64,000 nt of DNA from a bacterium (lineage in GTDB: Bacteria > Hydrothermota > DG-26 > JAUXAN01): assembly GCA_030619885.1 (NCBI GenBank), contig JAUXAN010000004.1, positions 12,575 to 76,574 of the forward strand. The letters are read 5' to 3'. Positions 9,960-19,651 of the stretch are shown piece by piece (the stretch's first letter is position 1; the number at the start of each line of letters is the position of its first letter). Under the pieces are notes generated by a model that did not search any database, had not been told where the DNA came from, and saw only the letters and a list, made by a program, of their open reading frames with translations. A program made the translations under genes and the position numbers.

Positions 9960-11204
9960 TCAGCAGCCAATAATGTAGGCGTAGGGTGGGGTATCCATAC
10001 TTTCTCTGTCAAGAATCTTCAAAAAGGCGGCTACTACCTCAGGGTCAAACTGCGAACCTGAATTGTTTTTCAATATATTTTTTGCTTCGGCTCCAGATAC
10101 ACTGTCCCGAAATGCCCTCTTTTTTGTCATCGCATCGAATGAATCTGCAACGGTCAATATCCTCGCTTCAAGGGGTATGTTTTTTCCTTTTAGACCATCA
10201 GGAAATCCAGTTCCATCATAATATTCATGGTGGTGGCGCACCGCATTGGAAATTTCCCTGAGGAATCCTGTATCTTTTGTAATCTTCTCAGAGATTACCG
10301 CATGCTGTTTTATCTCTAAATACTCATCGTAACTCAGTCCATCTTTTTTTCGCAGTACAGACCTTTCCACATACATCCTTCCAAGGTCATGCAATTGTGA
10401 TGCAAAAGCAATCCTCTCTGCAAAAGAGGGTGGCAGGTTCAGCTCTTTTACCAACGCTATCCCATATCTTTTTACAGATTCGGAACGGCCCTTTGTAAAC
10501 TCATCTCTCGCATCCACCGCTTTGGTAAATGATGAGATCAAGCGATATTGAGCTATTTTGGTTCCGTTCACAGTGAGCAGAACTGTATGGTAAGCAAGTA
10601 TCAAAACAGAGGCGAAAACTGTTTCCATAAAGGAGAAGTTCACTGTAACGATGCAAAGAATGAATGCGAGAAGGGTGAAGATAATATATCTGGTTAACAG
10701 TTCAGTTGATATTTTGAGCCAGAATTTCAACTTGTTCTCTCTCATCAAAAAGAGCATATTGAAGGTACCAATAATGACATCTATGACTAAAAAAACTAAT
10801 AATGCGAGGAAAAATATGGCTGAATTATGTAAAAAACCATCTAACTTAAAATTTGGTTTCAATAGATACGAGGTAATACCAACTATGAAATATAATATGA
10901 GCATCTCAGACAATTTTCTATCTAAAAATTTTGTCTCTCTCTTAATAAGACTGACCACTCCTATAAGAATTACTGCAACTGAAGAGAAAATTGGACCAAA
11001 CAGAAGACTACCTGCAAAGATTGGGATAAAACTCGAATGGATTTTTCTATCAACGAAAGCTAATATAGGGAAAATTTCCATACAGAGGGCGAGTACAATG
11101 AATAGGGAAAAGGTATACATATTCTCTACTATCTGGAAATCATTGTAGAATGGGATAGAAAAAATCAGCGAAGCGACACCCAAGATTATAAGAACTGCCC
11201 TCAT
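9960..11204 (-). CDS. Membrane-anchored HD-GYP-type cyclic-dinucleotide phosphodiesterase
   Basis: multiple TM helices then LHDLGR, HHEYYDGTGFPDGLKG, ARILTVADSFDAM. Confidence 0.85.
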   Translation of the reverse strand: MRAVLIILGVASLIFSIPFYNDFQIVENMYTFSLFIVLALCMEIFPILAFVDRKIHSSFIPIFAGSLLFGPIFSSVAVILIGVVSLIKRETKFLDRKLSEMLILYFIVGITSYLLKPNFKLDGFLHNSAIFFLALLVFLVIDVIIGTFNMLFLMRENKLKFWLKISTELLTRYIIFTLLAFILCIVTVNFSFMETVFASVLILAYHTVLLTVNGTKIAQYRLISSFTKAVDARDEFTKGRSESVKRYGIALVKELNLPPSFAERIAFASQLHDLGRMYVERSVLRKKDGLSYDEYLEIKQHAVISEKITKDTGFLREISNAVRHHHEYYDGTGFPDGLKGKNIPLEARILTVADSFDAMTKKRAFRDSVSGAEAKNILKNNSGSQFDPEVVAAFLKILDRESMDTPPYAYIIGC

Positions 11205-11238
11205 TGCTATAATCTATTATATAAATTATTAAAAGATG

Positions 11239-12417
11239 TCAATATATTTTTTTCACTCTTGTGCCTTTATAATAGTGGCGGAGTATATTTTGATATTTAT
11301 ATCCACTTTTTGCCATCACGATTGCACCCCACTGGCACATCCCTATACCATGTCCATAACCTTTCCCTCTAATCTTGGCATAATTCGACCTCTTTATTAT
11401 CTCGAAATTTGTGCTCGGCAGTGAAAAAAGTCTTCTCATATCACTGCCAGATATTTCGTATGCACCACTTTCAGTTTTTATGGCCAAGTCCAATATCCTG
11501 CCTGTTCTACTTCTTTTGTTTATTTTTATTGTCCTTATTGCACCTACACTGTCAGGATGGATATTGAAGAAGTAGGATATACCATTTGTTAGGATTTCAT
11601 TAAAGGTCTTCAATATCCATAATCTCCTCCACACATACCACGGGGATTTAAAACAGAAAGGTTTACTGCTTCTAAAGAGTTTCCTTTTATTATCGCGAAC
11701 AGAGGTGAGGTAAGGAACCTTTTTATTAGTGAATCGGAAATGTATATCTTCAGTCTTCCCTCCGCAGGTTGAATGATACATCGCATTTATAATTTTCCCT
11801 TTATACATCAAAACCATTCCGGAAGTCTCTTCACATGCCTTATTGGTCAATTCCCTCTCGGCTTCTACGCCTCTGTATACCTGATCTTGAGAACTCGATT
11901 CAAGGTCATAACCTCTGCTCTTGTGTTTACCCAGGTTACTGATGGCATAAGTCCTTGCCGCAACTGCCTGTGCCTTTATCGCCTCGATTCTATTCTTGGA
12001 CAGACCACCGATTTCACAGGCGACGACGCCCTTTAGATAATCCTCAAGGTTCACTTCATTGACCGCAAGGTATCCATTTGATGTTTTATGTATACTTAAC
12101 GTTCCTCTGTATTCTCTGCCATTTATGAAAAATGTCTCTTTCGGAATAACAACCAATGGAAAGGAGATGTCTCTAATAAGTTTGTTCTCTTCTCTGTCTA
12201 CGAGTTTATCATCTAACAGTGTCCACTCTTTAAGGCTGGACTCATATTTTCCTTTACCACCCGATCTTAAAAGATATGGGTCAGGGGAGGATATTCTGAT
12301 CTCTTTTGCACCACTCAAAATTGCAACCTTTACCGTTGGGATTTCTTTTGGAGGTGGTATGTAGACATATCTTGCACAAGAACAGATTAAAAAAATGAGC
12401 AGGCAATTTTTTTTCAT
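11239..12417 (-). CDS. SpoIID/LytB-domain lytic transglycosylase-like lipoprotein
   Basis: lipobox-like LICSC; YLKGVVACE, EAIKAQAVAARTYA, YHSTCGG, GYGHGIGMCQWGA; ATG start taken one codon after the track's TTG. Confidence 0.85.
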   Translation of the reverse strand: MKKNCLLIFLICSCARYVYIPPPKEIPTVKVAILSGAKEIRISSPDPYLLRSGGKGKYESSLKEWTLLDDKLVDREENKLIRDISFPLVVIPKETFFINGREYRGTLSIHKTSNGYLAVNEVNLEDYLKGVVACEIGGLSKNRIEAIKAQAVAARTYAISNLGKHKSRGYDLESSSQDQVYRGVEAERELTNKACEETSGMVLMYKGKIINAMYHSTCGGKTEDIHFRFTNKKVPYLTSVRDNKRKLFRSSKPFCFKSPWYVWRRLWILKTFNEILTNGISYFFNIHPDSVGAIRTIKINKRSRTGRILDLAIKTESGAYEISGSDMRRLFSLPSTNFEIIKRSNYAKIRGKGYGHGIGMCQWGAIVMAKSGYKYQNILRHYYKGTRVKKIY

Positions 12418-12475
12418 CAAATAGAGTTATAAAAAAGATTTAACACAAGTCAAGAAAAAATTAACCACATATTAA

Positions 12476-12499
12476 TAGGGGCAACCCTTGTGGTTGCCC
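12476..12499. repeat. REP-like hairpin (T)AGGGGCAACC-CTTGT-GGTTGCCC
   Basis: gggcaacc/ggttgccc arms read directly; resembles GTAGGG-type REP palindromes. Confidence 0.55.
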
Positions 12500-12559
12500 A
12501 AAACATAAATGGTTTTTAAACACAAATGTTGAAACTCGATCCCCAAACGGCCCCTGTAT

Positions 12560-12583
12560 GTCATTGCGAGCCGAAGCAATCTC
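12560..12583. repeat. Shortened GTCATTGCGAG...GAAGCAATCTC-type intergenic repeat
   Basis: gtcattgcgagccgaagcaatctc; the family is recognised from memory, single copy in window. Confidence 0.4.
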
Positions 12584-12648
12584 TGATATAATAAAAGTTT
12601 TTCCACGATGTCAACAAGTTTTGGATTTTGGATGACTGAACTTCCCAT

Positions 12649-14589
12649 TTATTTGATTATCTTTTTTGCTGAACTTTTGTTGTCAAATAAATCCTCACCC
12701 TTTATGACTAATAGATTTTCACCCTTCCTACCTGATAGGTCGATCTTGAAGGAAAATTTCTCCTCTTTCGAATCGAATATATTGTCTTTAGGCGCCAGCA
12801 CCTGCCATATTCCCGCATTTATTGAATATTCGCAACTCTTTATGATACTTCCTCTGTCAGAAATAGTCGCCTCAATTAAAAATATATCCCCATCCATCTT
12901 CTTAATCTTTGAAATCTTTACATCTGGTGGTGTATTATCTATCTGAAAAACTTCACTTATCTTCTCTGCCTTCTGTGCCAGATTCACGGGGTTTGAAGGG
13001 ATATCGCTGGCAGTAACTTTTATTCTATATTTACCATCCGGGAAGAAATTCGTATCCAATGGATACTCGCTTTCAGTCAGTTTCTCCTTGAAAAGTTTCC
13101 AGTTCTTCTCATCTTCACCCTTGAAATAGAGGTTAAAGATGAGAGAGTCTCCATTCTCGTCAACCGCTTCCCAGACTATTTTTTTTATCCCTTTTTCCAA
13201 ATTTTTTTGTTGAAAAGGCTCTTCGTTATCGCCGGAGTTATCTATTTTGATGTAATTTATTATGGGTTTGAGATTCGTTTGGAGGTAGGCTATAGAAACT
13301 CTGTCCAAAACAGCCGTTTTTTTTCCATTCGATGAAAGCATAGCTTTCCACTGTATGAACCTTGCAGAGGGGGATTTTACAGACTCTCCTTTTTTATATC
13401 TGGATGACCATCCGCTCCATGTGTTATCAATAGATTCTGAATTACCCGTTCTCGTTGTGAATTCCATATCAGTTCCAGCAGGCAGAGCCGCATCCCAGTC
13501 GATCTTTCCCCATCTGGAGACAGTTTTAGTATCGTATGGCTTTGAAATTGTCTCACCACTGCGACTATACCCTTTTGATAGAAGATATACCCTTCCCGAA
13601 TTACCAGTTGAGAAGATGATCTCCTCCTTTGACTTCAATATAGAGAGTATCTCTTTTTCTTCACATCTATTCAGAAATGTGACATCGCCGTTTTCTGTAA
13701 GTTGATAGAGATTGCCTTTACTCCCTGTCCCAAGTATCAAACTACCATCTGAACCAAGTTCCATCGATAGAATCAGAGAATCTGGGACAGTCCATAATAT
13801 AGAAGCAACTCCTGTGCTGTCTATCTTATAGATGGACGGCATACCCTTTTTTTCTGATGGGTTTGCACCAACATATACGACCCCCTTTCTGTCAACCACC
13901 ATAGCCGCAATCTCTTCTTCGTCACAATCGTATATCACCCTTCCTTCTGCATTCTGTGATATTTTATAGACGAGCCCATTCCCTGAACTTCCTGCATAGA
14001 AATTTCTGTCGTGCAGAATTAGATGCGTTATATGGGGCTCGTCTGAATCATACCAGATAGTTCCCTCACCATTTTTATCTATCTTATAGATTTTCCCTCT
14101 ATCACCTGTGGCGGCATAAAGGTATCCATACCTATCGAATAGCAGACTCCAAACATAGTGGTCTTCCGTCTTGAAAAATTCTGTAGCCTTCCCCTTTCTA
14201 TCTATTTTATAGATGATTCCATTGGGTGATGTTCCTGCGAAGAGATTATTATTTTTGTCCAGAACTAAAGATTGTATCCCAACTTCCTCAGAGTCGTAAA
14301 GTAGGTCGATTTTTCCTTTTCGATCGACTTTAAAGACCTTCCCTTCGTTTCCACTCCCTACATAGATATTCTTAGCCTTATCCTGCGTAAGACTCCACAA
14401 GAATAACTCGTCTGTTTCACATAAAAGTTTCATCTCTGAAGATAGCCTCACTTCTCCTTCTGCGCTGACAGAGATATTCTTCAATTCACCTGCGAGAAAA
14501 TCCTGTTGACTCTTCAGTTCCCATATCCGAGTGGTAGAAGCAAAGAGCAGTACTGGAAAGAGGAGAATGCATACTAAAATATTTCTCAT
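12649..14589 (-). CDS. Secreted beta-propeller repeat protein with C-terminal Ig/FN3-like domains
   Basis: signal peptide; about 7-8 repeats of L..D..GN.Y.G.G..G.(V/I)YKI; beta-rich C-terminus (FPDGKYRIKVTASD, IDNTPP). Confidence 0.7.
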   Translation of the reverse strand: MRNILVCILLFPVLLFASTTRIWELKSQQDFLAGELKNISVSAEGEVRLSSEMKLLCETDELFLWSLTQDKAKNIYVGSGNEGKVFKVDRKGKIDLLYDSEEVGIQSLVLDKNNNLFAGTSPNGIIYKIDRKGKATEFFKTEDHYVWSLLFDRYGYLYAATGDRGKIYKIDKNGEGTIWYDSDEPHITHLILHDRNFYAGSSGNGLVYKISQNAEGRVIYDCDEEEIAAMVVDRKGVVYVGANPSEKKGMPSIYKIDSTGVASILWTVPDSLILSMELGSDGSLILGTGSKGNLYQLTENGDVTFLNRCEEKEILSILKSKEEIIFSTGNSGRVYLLSKGYSRSGETISKPYDTKTVSRWGKIDWDAALPAGTDMEFTTRTGNSESIDNTWSGWSSRYKKGESVKSPSARFIQWKAMLSSNGKKTAVLDRVSIAYLQTNLKPIINYIKIDNSGDNEEPFQQKNLEKGIKKIVWEAVDENGDSLIFNLYFKGEDEKNWKLFKEKLTESEYPLDTNFFPDGKYRIKVTASDIPSNPVNLAQKAEKISEVFQIDNTPPDVKISKIKKMDGDIFLIEATISDRGSIIKSCEYSINAGIWQVLAPKDNIFDSKEEKFSFKIDLSGRKGENLLVIKGEDLFDNKSSAKKIIK

Positions 14590-15617
14590 TTCAACCTCTC
14601 CTTCAAATAGTCTATTCTTTTTATCTCTGTTGGGTCTTTTTTGTTCAATATTGCAAGATAGAAACTGACCCAGTCACCCAGATAGATCAGAGAGAAGAGT
14701 TTTGAAAGGGCCGTCTTTCCCTTACTCCACACTTCAGTAATTCCAGAAACGAAAGGGAGTATGATCTCCTTTGTAATCTCGTATCTCTTCTGAATTCTAT
14801 CGAGGTCATATCTGTCCCTCAATAATATAACCTCACATAATTTGGAAACTTCGACAGGGGTTCCAATGCCAACAATCTCATTGTGGTCGAGTTCTGGTAG
14901 AATATTTATATGAGCCAACACTTCACTGTTCTCATTGAGCTGTGTCCTCCATCTATTTGCAACGAAATCGAGGGGATAAGAAGTATAAATGAGAGGAAAT
15001 TTACCGAATAGTTTGCTCGCAATCTTCTTTGCCTCATTCTTTCCTATTTCTCTATTTGGCGATAATTCTTTCTTCATCTCTTTTAAAAGATTTACCGTAT
15101 TTTCTAAATCTCTGTGGAGGTCAACTATTCCAAGTTTCTTCAATATGATAAAAAGAGGGGTTGAGAGATATCCGATAGCGCATCTTGGCTGCATTCCACC
15201 CGGTATCTGCACGAGGGGGAGTCTATCTTTTTGGGCGAATTCAGAAAGTTTACCACCACTTGAGATACAGAATATATTCGCATTCCGCTTTTTGGCATCC
15301 TCATAACTGGCAAGGGTCTCCTCAGTATTTCCAGAGTGACTTATAACGAAAAGCAGTGTTTTTGAACCTACAAATTCAGGTAGACTGTAGTACCTGTTCA
15401 CATAGACAGGCAGTTTCGATAAAGTTGCACGGAGTATATCCCCACCTATAGCAGACCCACCCATACCAGTAACTACTATATTATCTATTTCGAAGTTGGT
15501 TTTTATCTCTATTCTCTCTGTAATCTTTTTCGCCTCACTTATACTCTGGGGCAAGTTGAGTATGATGTCAACCATTCTGCTCTTATCAAAACTCTCTAAA
15601 TTAGTTATTTCTTTCAT
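14586..15617 (-). CDS. Bifunctional phosphoglucose/phosphomannose isomerase (SIS family)
   Basis: GMGGSAIGGD, ISHSGNTEET, RWRTQLNENS, PELDHNEIVG. Confidence 0.9.
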   Translation of the reverse strand: MKEITNLESFDKSRMVDIILNLPQSISEAKKITERIEIKTNFEIDNIVVTGMGGSAIGGDILRATLSKLPVYVNRYYSLPEFVGSKTLLFVISHSGNTEETLASYEDAKKRNANIFCISSGGKLSEFAQKDRLPLVQIPGGMQPRCAIGYLSTPLFIILKKLGIVDLHRDLENTVNLLKEMKKELSPNREIGKNEAKKIASKLFGKFPLIYTSYPLDFVANRWRTQLNENSEVLAHINILPELDHNEIVGIGTPVEVSKLCEVILLRDRYDLDRIQKRYEITKEIILPFVSGITEVWSKGKTALSKLFSLIYLGDWVSFYLAILNKKDPTEIKRIDYLKERLK

Positions 15618-15720
15618 TTCACTCCTCCTAAAATCCTATTAGATACAGTCAAATTTAACCATAGAGATTATTTAACATTATGGACTTGTGAGATATTTCA
15701 ATCTTTCCTCTCTGTGACCT

Positions 15721-15738
15721 CCCCTACGGGTCGTATGA
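15721..15738 (+). repeat. 18-bp unit 'A' (CCCMTACGGGTCGTATGA) inserted in a CTCTGTG...CTGTGG 9-mer repeat
   Basis: ctctgtgacct[cccctacgggtcgtatga]ctgtggtt. Confidence 0.6.
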
Positions 15739-15773
15739 CTGTGGTTTCTTTCATACTATTTTTGACATTACCT

Positions 15774-17534
15774 CTAATCGCATGCAAGTGTTTCGCTAAG
15801 ATGAGGAAGACGTTTTCTGATATCCTTTTTCATATGTTCCCTTATTTCTACTACCGTATTTAGATAAAACACTTTTTTCACAATCTCTTTTGCCTCTTTC
15901 ATACTCAAAGATCTTATTATATCTTTGGTTTGTAATAGCATTGAAGGACTGGTAGAGAGTTCATCTACTCCAAGTCCTATGAGGACAGGCACAGCAAGTG
16001 GATCACTTGCCATCTCCCCGCATACACCTACCCATATATTATTTTTATGTGCTTCATCTATAACCATTCTTATCAACCTCAATACTGCAGGATGTAAATG
16101 GTCGTATAGATTTGCAACCAGTTTATTTCCTCTATCCACAGCGAGTGTATATTGAGTCAGATCATTAGAACCGATACTGAAAAAATCTACCTCCTTTGCC
16201 AGAACTGGTGCAAGGATAGCGGCAGAAGGGATTTCGACCATCACCCCAACTTCGATACCCTCATCAAAACTTGTGCCTCTTTTCCGAAGATCTTGTTTTA
16301 CAGACTCTAAAATCTCTTTTGCCATTTTAACCTCTTCCACCGTAGATATCATTGGAAACATAATTTTAACATTCCTTTTTGAAGTTGTTCTGAGAATTGC
16401 TTTGAGTTGTGTCTTAAACTGGTCTTTTTTGTCAAGGGAAGATCTGATTGCTCTCCATCCTAAAAACGGATTAGATTCTTCTATTTTTTCCCCAGGGTAG
16501 AGTTTGTCACCACCGAGGTCAACAGTTCTTATAATTACAGGTTTAGGGTAGATACTATCTACTACATTTTTATAAAAATTGAACTGTTCATCCTCACTGG
16601 GTTCACCATCTTTGATCAAAAATATGAATTCTGTTCTGAAAAGTCCTATCCCTTCAGCACCGTGTGATTTCACGGATTTAATCTCTTCTGTGAATTCGAT
16701 GTTTGCTGAAAGTTCAATAGTATGACCATCAACCGTTGTAGTTGGCAAGTCTTTCAAGGCACAGAGTTGGCTAACAAGTTGCTCATACCTTATCTTTTCC
16801 GCCTCGTATGTACGGAGGGTTGACTCATCTGGATTGACAACTACAATCCCCTTTCTCCCATCGATGATTACGGTATCCCCATCTTCCACAGTTGTGGTCA
16901 AATTTTCAACTCCGACCACTGCAGGAATCTCGAGTGCCCTCGCCATTATTGATGTATGGGAAGTCTTGCCGCCTAAATCTGTTGCAAACCCGAGTAGATT
17001 ATCCTTCCTCATTTCCGCTGTATCGGATGGGGTAAGGCGGTGAGCTATTATGATTACTCTCTCACTCAATTCAGGAAGAGACGATGGATGTCCTGCAAGG
17101 TTTTTTAACAGCCTGCTCCTCACATCTTTAACATCTATGATTCTTTCTCTCAAGTAGGGATTTTCGATCTTCTCAAGGGTTCTCAGAAACTTTTCGGTGG
17201 TGAGTTGAAAAGAAGATTCTGCGCTTAGTTTTTTCCTCTTTATTATATCTTTTGTCTCTTCTATTATCCTGTCCTCTAGCAATAGAATTTGGGCATCTAA
17301 AAATCTCGCATGTTCATTTCCAACTTCCTGAGATAGTTTCTTTTTAATCTCTTCCACTTCCATTCTCGTGCGTTCGCACGCCTGTTCAAATCTTTCAATT
17401 TCAGTGGCCACTTCTTTGGTGTGCAAGAGTTTGTGTGTTATCGGATATTCGGCACTGATGAAAAAGAGCGCTTCACCAACTGTAATACCAGGTGAAGCAG
17501 GAATTCCCCTTAAAAAGATATTCTCACTCTTCAT
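15774..17534 (-). CDS. ptsI: Phosphoenolpyruvate-protein phosphotransferase (PTS enzyme I)
   Basis: GIPASPG, GGKTSHTSIMAR (phospho-His), GIGLFRTEF, NPFLGWRAIR, SIGSNDLTQY. Confidence 0.97.
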   Translation of the reverse strand: MKSENIFLRGIPASPGITVGEALFFISAEYPITHKLLHTKEVATEIERFEQACERTRMEVEEIKKKLSQEVGNEHARFLDAQILLLEDRIIEETKDIIKRKKLSAESSFQLTTEKFLRTLEKIENPYLRERIIDVKDVRSRLLKNLAGHPSSLPELSERVIIIAHRLTPSDTAEMRKDNLLGFATDLGGKTSHTSIMARALEIPAVVGVENLTTTVEDGDTVIIDGRKGIVVVNPDESTLRTYEAEKIRYEQLVSQLCALKDLPTTTVDGHTIELSANIEFTEEIKSVKSHGAEGIGLFRTEFIFLIKDGEPSEDEQFNFYKNVVDSIYPKPVIIRTVDLGGDKLYPGEKIEESNPFLGWRAIRSSLDKKDQFKTQLKAILRTTSKRNVKIMFPMISTVEEVKMAKEILESVKQDLRKRGTSFDEGIEVGVMVEIPSAAILAPVLAKEVDFFSIGSNDLTQYTLAVDRGNKLVANLYDHLHPAVLRLIRMVIDEAHKNNIWVGVCGEMASDPLAVPVLIGLGVDELSTSPSMLLQTKDIIRSLSMKEAKEIVKKVFYLNTVVEIREHMKKDIRKRLPHLSETLACD

Positions 17535-17790
17535 AGAATTTATCCTGTATCAATTTCTCCAATGCAGTAGCAGCCTCTCGTTCGTCCTCTCCTTCTGTTC
17601 TTATAGTTACTTCAGAACCTGGCTCACACGCCAATATCATAATATCCATTATACTCTTCCCATTCACTTCCATCCCGTCCTTTACGACAACTACATCGGA
17701 CTTGAACTTTGAGGCAGTCTGGACAAAGAGTGAAGCAGGACGTGCGTGAATGCCGAGTTTGTTCACTATCTTCGCTGTCACTTCAACCAT
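17524..17790 (-). CDS. ptsH: Phosphocarrier protein HPr
   Basis: GIHARPAS (His15 motif), NGKSIM (Ser46 motif). Confidence 0.97.
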   Translation of the reverse strand: MVEVTAKIVNKLGIHARPASLFVQTASKFKSDVVVVKDGMEVNGKSIMDIMILACEPGSEVTIRTEGEDEREAATALEKLIQDKFYEE

Positions 17791-17915
17791 TGTAACACTT
17801 GTATTGTACTAATACTATTATAAATAATTAAGATAATGTCAATAAAAAATTTGTTTTGCGATTTAGAGAAGGTCTCTGAAAAACCACAGAGATGATAAAA
17901 AGAGATTCACAGTCG

Positions 17916-17953
17916 CCCATACGGGTCCATACGGATCCGTATGGATCGTATGA
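17916..17953 (+). repeat. Nested repeat: 20-bp palindrome 'B' inserted in 18-bp unit 'A'
   Basis: cccatacgggt[ccatacggatccgtatggat]cgtatga. Confidence 0.7.
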
Positions 17954-17998
17954 CAGACCTGTATGGGGGAACTTTTTCAGATCTCTTCAGACAGGGTC

Positions 17999-18026
17999 TT
18001 GACAAACTATTAAATTTTTATTTAAT
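17999..18026 (+). promoter_or_regulatory. Putative sigma70 promoter of mtaB (near-leaderless)
   Basis: TTGACA-16nt-TTTAAT, ATG 6 nt downstream, no SD. Confidence 0.45.
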
Positions 18027-18032
18027 AGTTTT

Positions 18033-19340
18033 ATGAACACAGTTTCTTTTCATACGATAGGTTGCAAGCTGAACCAGTATGAGACCCAGACCCTGATCGA
18101 CACATTCCGTTCTGCTGGATTTTGCATCAAATCTCCAAAAGAAGTTGCCGATGTGTGCATCATCAATACCTGTTGCGTCACACACACAGCCGAACAGACA
18201 GCCAGAAATCTTGTAAGGAGAATAGTTAGATTATATCCGAAACCTTATGTGGTAGTGACAGGGTGTTATGCCAGATTGGACCACTCCTCTATAAAAAAAA
18301 TCAGAGGCGTTGACCTCATCGAGTATGACAAAGAGAAAATTTGCAGAGATATGATAAATGTAGGTTTAAAACCAACTATATCGAGTTTTTCAGGGCACAC
18401 ACGCGCTTTCGTGAAGATTCAGGATGGGTGCAACAATTTCTGCTCTTTCTGTATACTCCCATTTGTAAGGGGAAAACCGTTCTCGAGACCGCATAAGGAG
18501 ATATTACAGGAGGTGGAGACGATTGCGGAGCGAGGATACATGGAAGTGATTCTGACAGGTATTAATCTTGGAGATTATAGAGACAATGGATGCACTTTGA
18601 CAGATCTTTTACGTTCGATTGAAGTTCTTCCTGACTTGTACAGGTTAAGGATTAGTTCTATAGAACCACACAGCATAGGCGAACAGTTTGTAGACTTTCT
18701 TAAGGGTTCAAAAAAAATCTGCCGCCATCTTCACATTCCTCTACAGAGTGGAGATGATGAAATACTTAAAAAGATGAGAAGAAGGTATACCACAGAACAA
18801 TATGCAAGGATGATATCTCTCTTGAAGAGATCTATTTCAGATCTTACAATAGGCGCGGATGTGATCGTAGGTTTCCCTGGTGAAAGTGAGGAAAATTTTC
18901 AACGAACTTGCGATTTTATCCGACAGATACCCCTTTCGTATCTACACGTCTTCAGATATTCCACTCGTCCACGAACAGAAGCAACTACATTTAGACCTAA
19001 TGTATCTGAAGAAGTGAAGAAGATACGAAGTGGGAAGTTACGAGAGATAGGAAAGAAGAAATGGAGAGAATACAGAACTCGATTTCTTGGGAAGACACTC
19101 CAATGCCTCGTTGAAAATAAAAGAGATAGGGAGAGTAAAAAACTCGTTGGTATATCGGATAATTATATAAAGGTCCTTTTTGAAGGACAGGATTCCCTTA
19201 TGGGAGAGTTCGTTCCGATTCAAATAGAGAACATAACCGATAAATTTTGCATTGGAACCCTTGACAAGAGAAAAGAAACCACAGAGAACACAAAGTTAAC
19301 ACAGAAAAAAAGAAAAACCCAACCACCCGCCGGTCTGTGA
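18033..19340 (+). CDS. mtaB: tRNA N6-threonylcarbamoyladenosine methylthiotransferase (radical SAM)
   Basis: HTIGCKLNQYET, INTCCVT, VKIQDGCNNFCSFC (CxxxCxxC), HIPLQSG, TRAM-like C-terminus. Confidence 0.9.
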   Translation: MNTVSFHTIGCKLNQYETQTLIDTFRSAGFCIKSPKEVADVCIINTCCVTHTAEQTARNLVRRIVRLYPKPYVVVTGCYARLDHSSIKKIRGVDLIEYDKEKICRDMINVGLKPTISSFSGHTRAFVKIQDGCNNFCSFCILPFVRGKPFSRPHKEILQEVETIAERGYMEVILTGINLGDYRDNGCTLTDLLRSIEVLPDLYRLRISSIEPHSIGEQFVDFLKGSKKICRHLHIPLQSGDDEILKKMRRRYTTEQYARMISLLKRSISDLTIGADVIVGFPGESEENFQRTCDFIRQIPLSYLHVFRYSTRPRTEATTFRPNVSEEVKKIRSGKLREIGKKKWREYRTRFLGKTLQCLVENKRDRESKKLVGISDNYIKVLFEGQDSLMGEFVPIQIENITDKFCIGTLDKRKETTENTKLTQKKRKTQPPAGL

Positions 19341-19462
19341 ACGAATACCTATCTGCAAAAAATGGTTGACAAGGAACTTTTTATTTGTTAAATTATTATG
19401 GATGAAAGAATAACCGTATACGGAATCTGCATGAGTTCGTGTCCCAAAAGGGGGTGAATGAG

Positions 19463-19651
19463 ATGAAGATAGTATTTAAAATAATCTTTGTAATTGCGAT
19501 GGGCTCACTTTTTTTCGGCACCTTGATGAGAGCAGGAGTTATGCCCTGTTTTATCTTTGGACTCACACCGAGTGCGTATCTACGATTTACAAATACTGCA
19601 CTGTTGATTATAATTGCACTGTGGGTAATGAAGAAGGAGATGAAGGGCTAA
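19463..19651 (+). CDS. Small two-TM membrane protein of unknown function (62 aa)
   Basis: GGGGTG RBS before ATG at 19463; stop abuts the glycosyltransferase start. Confidence 0.55.
   Translation: MKIVFKIIFVIAMGSLFFGTLMRAGVMPCFIFGLTPSAYLRFTNTALLIIIALWVMKKEMKG

Noticed and set aside
17865-17996. MITE with terminal inverted repeats around the nested element
   Set aside because: The arms (gtctctgaaaaa / tttttcagatctct) are short and imperfect, with no target-site duplication and no second copy
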